Made by a program: the position numbers and the translations under genes. Shown one piece after another: positions 15,733 to 25,088 of a DNA stretch of 26,645 nt. The first letter of the stretch is position 1, and each line of letters opens with the position of its first letter. The notes beneath the pieces are model-generated. The model was not told the DNA's origin. It searched no databases and was given only the letters and a program-made list of their open reading frames with translations. The stretch comes from a virus (lineage: Duplodnaviria > Caudoviricetes): positions 1 to 26,645 of IMG/VR virus record IMGVR_UViG_3300035164_000153; one strand, given 5' to 3'.

Positions 15733-17567
15733 TGGCTAGATTAAGACAACAACACCCACAAAACTATGTGAATAGTGGGAACATACATACCGACTTTGAG
15801 AATCTCATTCGGTATATCAACTCTGCCGAGCTTGGAAACAAAACAATCGGTGAGTTGTTTGGTATCTTATTTAACGAAGAGGGGGTGTTCCGTGGTCCCA
15901 TTCAGATGAGACAGGACGTGAACACTGGTATTCAGTACAGGGTAGGGCAATACGCTGACGACGAAAGTGGCTGGATAACCATAGCAAACATTGCTGACCT
16001 AAGAGGAAGTGCTGGTGCTTCTGTTGGTAACGTAGAAGGTCCATTCTTTTTCAACAGACAAGACTTTGAGATTGGCTCAAGCCTTACTGCAATTACAGTA
16101 GGTGCTGGAGGCAGTGGATACACAGCCGCACCATCAGTAACAATCGGTCCTCCAAATGACACGACGAACGGCGTACAAGCCGCCGCAACAGCGACGATAT
16201 CTGGAGGAGCAGTCACAGCAATCACTATTACAACCGCTGGTTCTGGCTATTCTGCCGCTCCGACCATCACCCTCACTGGTGGTAACGGAAGCAGTGCAAC
16301 AGCTACAGCAACAATCGGAACTCCAAACACAGTTGTGCCTTACACATTTGACGCAAGCACAGAAGATATTGTGGTGTACAGAAACGGCATACTTCTACAC
16401 GAAGCAACAACTGGCGGAACTGCGGCACAATACACATACAGTACGACGAACAATACTGTAACAATCGGTAACGTAAATCCAGCACTAGCCAATGCAGATA
16501 AGATTACCATTTACTCTATTCGTTCTCAGGCTGTTACAAACTTCCGAAGAGTAGACAACGAGATATCAGGTGCAACAACTCTTGTATCTTTTGTGCACAC
16601 AACAGACGAAAAGCTTTTAGTATTTAGAAATGGTGTTTTGCAAGAGCCAGGTGGTAATGCTGACTACTTAGCGTCCTCTGCCGCTTCAACAATTACATTC
16701 TTAGACACAAACAACCAGCTAAACACTGGTGACAAGGTAACAATTATAACTGTTGAGAATACATCAGTAAAAACTGTTGCTGGTTTGATGTTCGAAGATG
16801 AGTATACTGACGAAAACGGATTCATAAAATACGCAAAGCTATCGGTTACAGATAACCAGATTCCGCAGATTAAGGTCTCAAACCTTGCTACGTCGTTGGC
16901 TGGCAAGGCAAACATCGTCAACTCGCTGACCGCTCCAACGGCTCCAGTAACAGGAGACTTGTGGCTTGACACATCACAAGTACCAGCAGTTCTGAAGTTC
17001 TACGACGGAACACAGTTTTTAAATACGTCTCCTGAAAGCTCCCTCCCTACTTTCTTGCAGACAAATGCTGGGCAGTATGTACGAGTAAATGGCACTGGTA
17101 CGTCGTTGGAGTATGGCGATATTGACTTTTCATCACTTGTGCCAAAGACTTACATGGGTGCGGCTAATGGTGTAGCTACATTGGACACCTCTGGTAAACT
17201 ACCAGTCAGTCAGTTGCCAGAGACATTCTCAACAAACACTATACCTTTCTTTAGTGTTTGGGAACAAAGCTCTGCAACAGTTACAAACAAAACGTATTTT
17301 GTGACAAGGCTATTCAAGCAAACAATACGAATAGACGGATTAGCTTTCAAGCTATCTGGTGGGACATGCACAATACAGCTATCTGTAGATGGAGTTGCTG
17401 TTGGTTCGACATACAGTGTATCAACCACAGCTTCACAACAATCTTTGACGACTATCATTGAGATAGATTCAACATCAGTTGGCAGACGACTAGAGCTTGT
17501 AGTTACAAACGCTTCGTCGGCAACATCACTTGAGGTAGGAATAGCGGCGGCGACTGTTAACGTATAA
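15732..17567 (+). CDS. Tail fibre protein
   Basis: Thr/Gly/Ala-rich. Two AIT(V/I)xxxGSGYxAAP(S/T)(V/I)T repeats, two VxRNGxL repeats, APTAPVTGDLWLDT and GAANGVATLDTSGKLPVSQLP. Confidence 0.8.
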   Translation: MARLRQQHPQNYVNSGNIHTDFENLIRYINSAELGNKTIGELFGILFNEEGVFRGPIQMRQDVNTGIQYRVGQYADDESGWITIANIADLRGSAGASVGNVEGPFFFNRQDFEIGSSLTAITVGAGGSGYTAAPSVTIGPPNDTTNGVQAAATATISGGAVTAITITTAGSGYSAAPTITLTGGNGSSATATATIGTPNTVVPYTFDASTEDIVVYRNGILLHEATTGGTAAQYTYSTTNNTVTIGNVNPALANADKITIYSIRSQAVTNFRRVDNEISGATTLVSFVHTTDEKLLVFRNGVLQEPGGNADYLASSAASTITFLDTNNQLNTGDKVTIITVENTSVKTVAGLMFEDEYTDENGFIKYAKLSVTDNQIPQIKVSNLATSLAGKANIVNSLTAPTAPVTGDLWLDTSQVPAVLKFYDGTQFLNTSPESSLPTFLQTNAGQYVRVNGTGTSLEYGDIDFSSLVPKTYMGAANGVATLDTSGKLPVSQLPETFSTNTIPFFSVWEQSSATVTNKTYFVTRLFKQTIRIDGLAFKLSGGTCTIQLSVDGVAVGSTYSVSTTASQQSLTTIIEIDSTSVGRRLELVVTNASSATSLEVGIAAATVNV

Positions 17568-17577
17568 GGAGGGAACT

Positions 17578-18522
17578 ATGAATTTTGACCAAATACCCTC
17601 AAAAGAAACTTTACAGTACCACCAAAGCAAAATGAGGGGTGGTGATACAAACGTTTCTTATACAATGGAAGGCGAGTATGTCGTTCCAAAGCCAGTCATG
17701 GAGAAGTATCCAGCAATGGCTATGGCAATCATGCAAGCTACAAGAGACGAAGGCTTGAACCCAGAGCAGTTTAAAGTCGGAAGCGACGAAGGTGTATATA
17801 ATCCAGAGACAGGTGCTCAAGAGTTTAGTCATGTCTGGTATCATGTAGACATAGACAACTTAATCGACAGCACGAAACAGCTTGGACAAGAAATTTATCA
17901 AAGCTCTGTCGATAGTTTAAAAAAGAATTACGACGAGTTTCTTCAAGACCCACTAGACAACAGAGTTGTACAGGCAACATTGGCTGGAATAGCTTCTGGC
18001 GGAGCGGCAAAACTAATTGGAGCCGACAACGACCAAGCTTTACAAACCGCTATTGGTGGAGCATTAGCTTATGGCGGTCTGCCTTCTGGCACAGATAAAA
18101 ATCCAATAACAACAGCAGATAGAGTTTTTGCTGGATTAGCTGGAGCTTATGGTGCTTACGAAGGGTATCAACCGCCATTGCCAGATGAAAAGCCTTTGCA
18201 AGCTAACAATCCACCACCAACTGATTATGCAAGTATACTAGCCACACAACCAGTCGCTGGGTTCGACCAAAACGAACAAGCAAATGTTTCGCTGGGTCTA
18301 CCATCAAAGACACCTCCAGCACCAGCCTTTACAACAATGCCTGAAATACCAGATGGAGTTAATTATAAAAGAAAGGTAAAGGACAGAAAGACTGGAGGCA
18401 TAAGCTACGGAGATGCAAAACCAACAAGCTCCTTTAGTAGAAACATAAACACTGAAGGAAGAAGACAGGGCTTGTCTCCAGGATTTGGAAGCAAAGTTCT
18501 GTATATAGATGATGACAAGTAA
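17578..18522 (+). CDS. Putative internal virion/ejection protein with an N-terminal GGDT...GEYVVP...NPETGAQEF domain
   Basis: TAAGGAGG RBS; Gly/Ala-rich hydrophobic middle region; synteny. Confidence 0.6.
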   Translation: MNFDQIPSKETLQYHQSKMRGGDTNVSYTMEGEYVVPKPVMEKYPAMAMAIMQATRDEGLNPEQFKVGSDEGVYNPETGAQEFSHVWYHVDIDNLIDSTKQLGQEIYQSSVDSLKKNYDEFLQDPLDNRVVQATLAGIASGGAAKLIGADNDQALQTAIGGALAYGGLPSGTDKNPITTADRVFAGLAGAYGAYEGYQPPLPDEKPLQANNPPPTDYASILATQPVAGFDQNEQANVSLGLPSKTPPAPAFTTMPEIPDGVNYKRKVKDRKTGGISYGDAKPTSSFSRNINTEGRRQGLSPGFGSKVLYIDDDK

Positions 18523-18976
18523 TTTTATAATAAGGAGAGCGAGGTTAGAAGATGTGGGGAGTTGTGTTGATTTGGGTAAGTCGTTCCATGCCACCTCTTA
18601 CTGGGGGAGCAGAGCGTATGTCCCAGAAAAGGTTGCAGAGTATGCAAAAAGAACAATCGCAAACCCATATAAACTATTCCTTGTGTCGGAAAATGAAAAA
18701 GGAATCTATGGTCTCTTCGTTGCTCACTGGTCTGAAATGTTTTTTACAGATGAAAGGGTCAGCGACGAAGATGTCTTGTGGGTGCAAAAAGGGTCTGGAA
18801 CTGTGTGGACTATGATGGGCTTTTTTAAAGAATGGGAAAAATGGGCAAAAGCAAATGGGTGCTCGCTCATGCACTATAATCCTACGTCTCATGTTCAGTA
18901 TGCAGAGAAGTGGGCAAAGTTTATGAAGAGATATGGCTACGACGTAGCTGGTGCTTCTTATAGAAAGGAGTTGTAA
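18509..18976 (+). CDS. GNAT-family N-acyltransferase
   Basis: IIRRARLEDV start, central GIYGLFVA strand, WEKWAKANGC, KFMKRYGY; 155 aa. Confidence 0.85.
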   Translation: MMTSNFIIRRARLEDVGSCVDLGKSFHATSYWGSRAYVPEKVAEYAKRTIANPYKLFLVSENEKGIYGLFVAHWSEMFFTDERVSDEDVLWVQKGSGTVWTMMGFFKEWEKWAKANGCSLMHYNPTSHVQYAEKWAKFMKRYGYDVAGASYRKEL

Positions 18977-20787
18977 TGGGCAATTCTCCTGGAGACGACC
19001 AAAATAATGATGGCTTAAACGATACCACTGGTAAAAACATATTCGGCGGCACGAACACAAAGATGACCGACGAAGAAAGAGAGGCGTTAGACCAAGAAAT
19101 AATGGACCTTCTTGATGAACAAGAACGAGAAGAACAAGAAAAAAGCATGTTCAGCAATGACGCTGAAGCCACTGCTGGAACATATTTCTCTGACGACGCT
19201 ACTGGTGCTTCAGGGGGCTGGTCTCCTGGAGATAAAGTTCCTTCCGTCGGAGTTGTTAGAAATGTTACAGACTTTGCCACTGGGGAAGTCAGTCAGATTT
19301 ACAGCATAGATGGCAAAAACGTTACTAAAGAAGAGTTTGATGAGAACAGTGCGAAGAGGTCTTCTTTTGTTAACCAAGCCACAAATCCCAACTCTCCTTA
19401 TCATGAAGAGGCGTTTGCCGCAGAAAGTTTAAGAACTCAAAACAAAGATTACAGAAGTGGCGAACACAGGGAAGAGTATGAAAAAACACAGAACGATGCA
19501 GACGCATATGTAAAAGATAATAGAGACACAAATACTAAGCTAAATGATTTAAGAGATAACCCAGCTTTTTCAAACCTACCTTACAATACTCAACAGTCTC
19601 TGATGCAAGGGGTAGCGTCAAACAACAAACAAATGCAAACACAAGCACTGCAAGACTTTGCTAGAGAGCTTGGCAAGAGTCAAAGGCAAGATGACCCTTC
19701 AATGAGAGCGTATGTGCTAGAGGTATTAGGTGCAGATAACGTTGCGAATATCAGAGGGTTTGGACAACTGAGTGGTGCAGAGTATGCTAAAGCTATTGTA
19801 GATGGATTAAACTCTGGCTCTGGTGTGGACATAAACGTTCCATTTACAGATATTAACATTGCACAAGGTCTAGGCGGCACAAACTTCAGAATCACTGACA
19901 GCGGACAAATAACAGCTACGAGTCAAGGTAATCAACTTCTTGGAACTGGAGTTGATTTAGCTACAATGTATGCAACTTCTGGAATGTCAAATGCGGCAAG
20001 GCTTGCTACTGGTGCATTAGATGTAAACTTTGGGGAACAGACATTAAGTAGCTGGGCATCTGGAGGAGAGGCAAAGTTAGGCTCGAATCCAAATATTACT
20101 TTAAGTCCATCAAATCTTATGGGAAGCCTTGGAGCTAAGTACATAGGTGGACCAGTAGGTGGGGAAGTAGCAAAGGGCATTTACAAAGAGACAGGCAATA
20201 TCCCACTTGCCATGACTGGAGTAGTTGCTTCAAACAAAGTTATAAAAGATTTGGTAACAGAAGGCAGTGAAAAGTTAGGTCTTCCTGGGTCAATAAATAT
20301 TGCTGGCAAAAACTATGATGAACTGCCAACAGGCAGTGGTGGAAAAGGAACAAAGGCTACTGTAAATACTAAGTCAGGAGTAACATCATCAATTCAGTCT
20401 GACCTACAAGCTGTTGATGAGACAGGGCAAGACAGTGATATAGATTATACAGATTCAGGGTTTGGCTCTAACTTGAAGAGTGGTGGAAGCAACAATAATA
20501 ACAACAACGATGACGGCGGAAACGATACAAATTACGTTGACCCGTTACAAAACATCAAAAAAACACCATTAGATGTGAACACATTACAAAACTTTGGCAC
20601 AGAAACAACACCTCTTACCTTACAAAACAACGATGCTTCGTTAATGATGAACATGATGAACAGAGGTTTTGGTGGCAGATATCTTCAAAGAGGACGAAAT
20701 AGAGACACAGGAAGTGTTACAACTAGAAGAGCAACTCAAAGAGAAGTTGATAGAGACAATCGACGCTCTGGAATATTATTTGGATAG
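18976..20787 (+). CDS. Putative internal virion/ejection protein (MGNSPG N-terminus)
   Basis: TAATG-coupled to the GNAT gene; acidic N-half and Gly-rich C-half. Confidence 0.6.
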   Translation: MGNSPGDDQNNDGLNDTTGKNIFGGTNTKMTDEEREALDQEIMDLLDEQEREEQEKSMFSNDAEATAGTYFSDDATGASGGWSPGDKVPSVGVVRNVTDFATGEVSQIYSIDGKNVTKEEFDENSAKRSSFVNQATNPNSPYHEEAFAAESLRTQNKDYRSGEHREEYEKTQNDADAYVKDNRDTNTKLNDLRDNPAFSNLPYNTQQSLMQGVASNNKQMQTQALQDFARELGKSQRQDDPSMRAYVLEVLGADNVANIRGFGQLSGAEYAKAIVDGLNSGSGVDINVPFTDINIAQGLGGTNFRITDSGQITATSQGNQLLGTGVDLATMYATSGMSNAARLATGALDVNFGEQTLSSWASGGEAKLGSNPNITLSPSNLMGSLGAKYIGGPVGGEVAKGIYKETGNIPLAMTGVVASNKVIKDLVTEGSEKLGLPGSINIAGKNYDELPTGSGGKGTKATVNTKSGVTSSIQSDLQAVDETGQDSDIDYTDSGFGSNLKSGGSNNNNNNDDGGNDTNYVDPLQNIKKTPLDVNTLQNFGTETTPLTLQNNDASLMMNMMNRGFGGRYLQRGRNRDTGSVTTRRATQREVDRDNRRSGILFG

Positions 20788-20796
20788 GAGGCAATA

Positions 20797-21696
20797 ATGG
20801 GTAATTCACCAGGCACAAGCTCAGAAGACAGCTATGGAAACACAAGAATGGAACCGAGTGATTTCCAAATGGTAAACTTCAATCTGACCACACCAGAAGA
20901 AAAAGCAATGGGTGAGAGAATGACGTTAAGTGCTTCAGGTCGTGAAAAGATGGGCATGTCAGACCCAGGCGGTGATGATGACGGCGGAAGCAGTAATCAA
21001 CAGAATGGTGGCAACGCTCAAGGCAAGTACACTCCTAAAGGTGGAATACTAGATGAACCAGTCCGTCCAGAAAACAAGCCAAAGCAAAAACAAATTACAG
21101 ATTTTTTGAGTGAGAGCCAAGCCACAGAGTACCGACTAGGCACAAGAGTAGGTGCGGAAGGACCAGGAAGTTTTCTGGGAGACGCAGATTCTGTTCAGGC
21201 TTCAGCACTTGGGGCTGAATTAGATTCAGCAATGGCTGGAGTTGGAGGCGTAAAAAGTCCTTTTGCCCCAAGCGAAAGAGGTAGATTTCTAAAAAGCCAA
21301 GGTGCTGGAATGGAAACTGGCATGGACGCAACAGTGAATATGCAAGGCGGAACAGCAACTCCAGGCGGAGATGTGGGTGTAGGACAGCAAGGATTTGGGC
21401 TAAGAGCTTTAGGCGGCGGAGATACAGTTGTTGAAAACATGGCTCCCCCAGGTGCAGAACAAACTGACGTAGTTGCTTCTCAGGCACAGCCAGATGTTCA
21501 GCCTGACCCTAATTTACCTCCTTTAAGTCCACAGCAAGCGGTAGTGCCAGATGTAAATTATGTATTGCCAACCGCTGGTCAACAGCAAGTTATTGCCTTT
21601 TCTCCAAATGACCCAAGGGCTGTGTTTACTGCTCGTGGACCACTGTCTCGTAACTTGATAAGTGAAAGGACTGGATTTGGAAGGAAGTTTTCATAG
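20797..21696 (+). CDS. Putative internal virion protein (MGNSPG N-terminus), largely low-complexity
   Basis: AGGAGG RBS; Gly/Pro/Gln-rich. Confidence 0.6.
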   Translation: MGNSPGTSSEDSYGNTRMEPSDFQMVNFNLTTPEEKAMGERMTLSASGREKMGMSDPGGDDDGGSSNQQNGGNAQGKYTPKGGILDEPVRPENKPKQKQITDFLSESQATEYRLGTRVGAEGPGSFLGDADSVQASALGAELDSAMAGVGGVKSPFAPSERGRFLKSQGAGMETGMDATVNMQGGTATPGGDVGVGQQGFGLRALGGGDTVVENMAPPGAEQTDVVASQAQPDVQPDPNLPPLSPQQAVVPDVNYVLPTAGQQQVIAFSPNDPRAVFTARGPLSRNLISERTGFGRKFS

Positions 21697-21705
21697 GAGT
21701 AATCA

Positions 21706-22647
21706 ATGGGCTTTGGAGATTATGTAGCAAAAGGGATATCGTCGTTATACCCAGGTGAGGACGGAGACCCATCAAGAGCCGCAATGGGCATTCAAGCTGG
21801 CGGTAAAATATTTGATTACTACCAAGCAAGAAAACAAGCGGAACGAGACGAAGAGATTGAACGTCGTGAAATAGAAGCACAACGAAGAATACTGCAACAA
21901 CAAATGAATATGGCACAACGACGTGCCCAAGAAGAAACAGCTTTACGACAAGGTATTGTGAGTAGAGCACAGCTTTTGGAGCAAGCTCTAGCAAATGCAA
22001 GACAAGCTATGGGGCAAGCACCAACTGCTTCTCAAGATGATATAAACAGAAACTACCAACAAATCAGGGAAACAATGGTAGATGATTATTATAACACTTT
22101 AGATAGAGTTTCATCACAAGGTTTCGCTGACGCAATAGCTAAAGGCATGGATAGGTCAGATAGGTTCAGAGACACGCAAAGAGAACTTGGTCAGCAAAGT
22201 GCCGAGGAGCTACGCAAAATTGACCAGGAGGCTTACAATGCGGCAATTAATAGAACTCAAGCAAATCTCGACACAATTTACTCAGGGCGTGAAAAACGTC
22301 TTGGCGAGATTGGTGGGCAGTATAAAGATTCAGCAGATATCCTTAAGGGGGTTCTTCCAAGCAATGCTGGAACTCTTTTCGAAAATACTTCACGGAATCA
22401 AGGTGCTTTTGTTAGGAATGCTAGGACTAATGCGGCAGATTCAAGAAGTGCTGTGGGAACTCTTGAAGGCGACATATCGAAAAATGTCGCTCCTAATGTC
22501 GGCTATATGCTCGGTAAAACAGATAAGCCGACTAACAGCAGTCAAGCTGAAATCGAAGCCCTTAAAAAACAAATTTCAGACTTACAAAAAAGGAACAACC
22601 TCCTCGTCGGCAACAGCAACCGATACACAGGGGCTGGTGGTCCGTAA
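21706..22647 (+). CDS. Putative ejection protein, coiled-coil (Gln/Arg/Ala-rich)
   Basis: AGGAG RBS; long heptad-like helical stretches. Confidence 0.6.
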   Translation: MGFGDYVAKGISSLYPGEDGDPSRAAMGIQAGGKIFDYYQARKQAERDEEIERREIEAQRRILQQQMNMAQRRAQEETALRQGIVSRAQLLEQALANARQAMGQAPTASQDDINRNYQQIRETMVDDYYNTLDRVSSQGFADAIAKGMDRSDRFRDTQRELGQQSAEELRKIDQEAYNAAINRTQANLDTIYSGREKRLGEIGGQYKDSADILKGVLPSNAGTLFENTSRNQGAFVRNARTNAADSRSAVGTLEGDISKNVAPNVGYMLGKTDKPTNSSQAEIEALKKQISDLQKRNNLLVGNSNRYTGAGGP

Positions 22648-22677
22648 GAAAAGAGGCAGACCTAGAAAGGCAAAGAC

Positions 22678-25023
22678 ATGAGGATATCATCTGGTTTTCT
22701 TGATGCTAAAAGAAAAGAAGAAGATAGAATTGATAAGAAGCGAAGGGAGAACAGAGAAGCCTTCGAAGCTTACAGAAAGATGCGTATAGAGAACGGCGAC
22801 GAAGTTTCTGTTGCTGACTTTCAGCAAATGCGTCAAAGCCTTTCTGGTGGAGATGCTTTTCTTTTACAAGACCTAGGTCCAGGCTCTATGTTGTCAGAGA
22901 TGGCAAAGAGAACTAATCAGCAATCTTTGAACACAAGAGTAGCTGAAGATGCAAAGTTTGCTGAAAACAGAAAAAAGACTCAAGACTTGTTCAACACATT
23001 TGTGATGGACAACTTGAACTTAGACCCAACCGACATGATAGGCAACAAGCAAAAGTTCATGGCTTTATTTCCAGAAGCAAAAGAACTTGGCGAAGAAATA
23101 TGGGCAAGAAATTCTGGTAAGTTTGCAGAAGCTATCTTAGATGGAAGGCAAAAAGGGGCACAAGAGTTTCATGATTTGTTTCTACAAAACGTTCACACTA
23201 TGGAAGAAGCAGAAGCCATAATGAATGCCAATGGCGTTAAGCCTTGGAAGAAGAATGCCATAACTTCTATTATGAAACAAAAACAATCTAAGTTTGTTTC
23301 AGACACCACTACAGAAGCTTTAAAGCTTGTAGATAATTTTTCAACTGTAACTTCGAACTTAAGGCATTTTAGTGACGCACAAATAGAAGTTGAAGTTGAC
23401 GGCATTCTAGCTAGAGCGAAAGTCAACAAAACGTTGATGGGTGACGAACAATATAAAAAATTAAAAGCATCTGTAAAAGCTCAATTAGAAGCTAAAATAT
23501 CTCACTCTAAAACAGAATACACAACACAAATGGAAAAAGAGTTTAACGCTTTGGTTCGTGGGCAAGGCGGAGAGCAGTTCTTTAAACATGGAAAAGATGG
23601 CAGAGGCTTCAACTCAAAAGAAACCTTAGACCTTTACAACGACTTAAGAAGAGAGAAAGGCTTGCCAGAAGTAGAAGCAACTGACTCTCAGTACTTGAGC
23701 CATATGGCAAGCATAGGCATAAGATATAACAGTTCTTATAAAGCAAACTATGAAGAGGCAGAAAAGAAAGCAACAACTAAAGTTGATGCAATAGTGAAGC
23801 AATATAAGCAAGAACTCTTAGGCAGAGGTAGCATGTTTCAAGATGGAACATCTGCTCAGTTAGCATTTAGGAGTATGATAAATAGTGGAATGGTTCTTAG
23901 ACCGACAGTAGACGCAATTACGCTAACTCAAAATATTATTAAAGATTTTCCAAACTCTAAAACAAAAGGTAGCTACAGTGCAGAAGAAGAAAATTCAATT
24001 AGGGCAGTGCTATCTAATTATATGATGCCTGAAAGTGAATTTAGAGAAGCTGTTATGAGCGACCAAATGTCTAAGTCAGGCTTGGGCTTTAAGCCTCAGA
24101 CTGATTTCATGACTCAAATAGATGAAGACAAAAAAGACTATATCAAAACTATGGAAGATTACATTAAAGACCAGTTAATAAAATTTACAGTTAATGTAGA
24201 TATAGACGACCCCAGGTTCGATGCCTTTATCAATAACTTAGATGCAGAGTTCGACAATTATATAGATGCAACTGTTAATGTTTACATGAAAAGCCTAGGA
24301 GCTTTTGATGTGTTTCCAGACAGCGGAAGCACAATAGAAAAAGAAGTCGCTAACTTAAAAGCAGAAATGGTTAAAACAAAAGAAGACATAATGACAGAAG
24401 TAAGGTCTGGAGAAAGAAGAGGCTCAATGTTGCCTAAAGGCTCTTATGTGTTACCAAGAGGTAACTTGTGGAGACAAGGCTACAAGCTTATGACAGTAGA
24501 CTTGAAAAAGAAAATTGCATCAGATAATGCTCCTACTGGCTACACTGAAGTGGCTGTTACAGATAAAAATGGCAGTCCTGTTCTGGAAGGTGATTTAATA
24601 AGGGTTGGTGCTGATGGCACGATTGAGAAGTACGACCCAGGAAGTGCTGGAAACGCTCCAGTTTTAACTCAGATTGCAACCGACCCTAAAAAGGTAGGAA
24701 CGGACTTAATGCAAAGTCCTAACATGAGAAGCTTTGGAGGTTACACTTCTGGCATTGTTGGTGGAAGCGACAAAGACACTGCTGAAAATCATATAGCTGA
24801 TATACTTTATCAAATGTATTCAGACATGAAGAGTAACGGAAATCTTCCTAACAACAGCAATGGTCAACAAATTGATAACCCAGCAGACTTCGCTATACTC
24901 GTCCTAGGTGGTCAACCGAATGTAGGTCCATCGGGAACTGCTGGCGGAATTAGACCCAATTCGAGAGCGACTAGTATCATTCTGATGATGAGAAGAAACA
25001 TAGATGGTAGATTCAACCCATAG
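22678..25023 (+). CDS. Large helical putative ejection/internal core protein (781 aa)
   Basis: Long charged helical ORF in the ejection-protein position; no enzymatic motif recognised. Confidence 0.55.
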   Translation: MRISSGFLDAKRKEEDRIDKKRRENREAFEAYRKMRIENGDEVSVADFQQMRQSLSGGDAFLLQDLGPGSMLSEMAKRTNQQSLNTRVAEDAKFAENRKKTQDLFNTFVMDNLNLDPTDMIGNKQKFMALFPEAKELGEEIWARNSGKFAEAILDGRQKGAQEFHDLFLQNVHTMEEAEAIMNANGVKPWKKNAITSIMKQKQSKFVSDTTTEALKLVDNFSTVTSNLRHFSDAQIEVEVDGILARAKVNKTLMGDEQYKKLKASVKAQLEAKISHSKTEYTTQMEKEFNALVRGQGGEQFFKHGKDGRGFNSKETLDLYNDLRREKGLPEVEATDSQYLSHMASIGIRYNSSYKANYEEAEKKATTKVDAIVKQYKQELLGRGSMFQDGTSAQLAFRSMINSGMVLRPTVDAITLTQNIIKDFPNSKTKGSYSAEEENSIRAVLSNYMMPESEFREAVMSDQMSKSGLGFKPQTDFMTQIDEDKKDYIKTMEDYIKDQLIKFTVNVDIDDPRFDAFINNLDAEFDNYIDATVNVYMKSLGAFDVFPDSGSTIEKEVANLKAEMVKTKEDIMTEVRSGERRGSMLPKGSYVLPRGNLWRQGYKLMTVDLKKKIASDNAPTGYTEVAVTDKNGSPVLEGDLIRVGADGTIEKYDPGSAGNAPVLTQIATDPKKVGTDLMQSPNMRSFGGYTSGIVGGSDKDTAENHIADILYQMYSDMKSNGNLPNNSNGQQIDNPADFAILVLGGQPNVGPSGTAGGIRPNSRATSIILMMRRNIDGRFNP

Positions 25024-25054
25024 GGACGACTAAGATAATGGATTGATATACTAT
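25024..25054 (+). promoter_or_regulatory. GGACGAYT-type putative late promoter, copy 4
   Basis: GGACGACTAA followed by TGaTATACTAT (TATACT at spacer 17, TACTAT at spacer 19). Confidence 0.65.
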
Positions 25055-25088
25055 AAAAAAATAACCTTTTGGAAAACTGGAGTATCCA

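Noticed and set aside
22187-22581. 164-aa +1-frame ORF as an independent gene
   Set aside because: TTG start, no RBS, and nested in the 313-aa gene. Only its last ~30 codons are kept, as a frameshift hypothesis.
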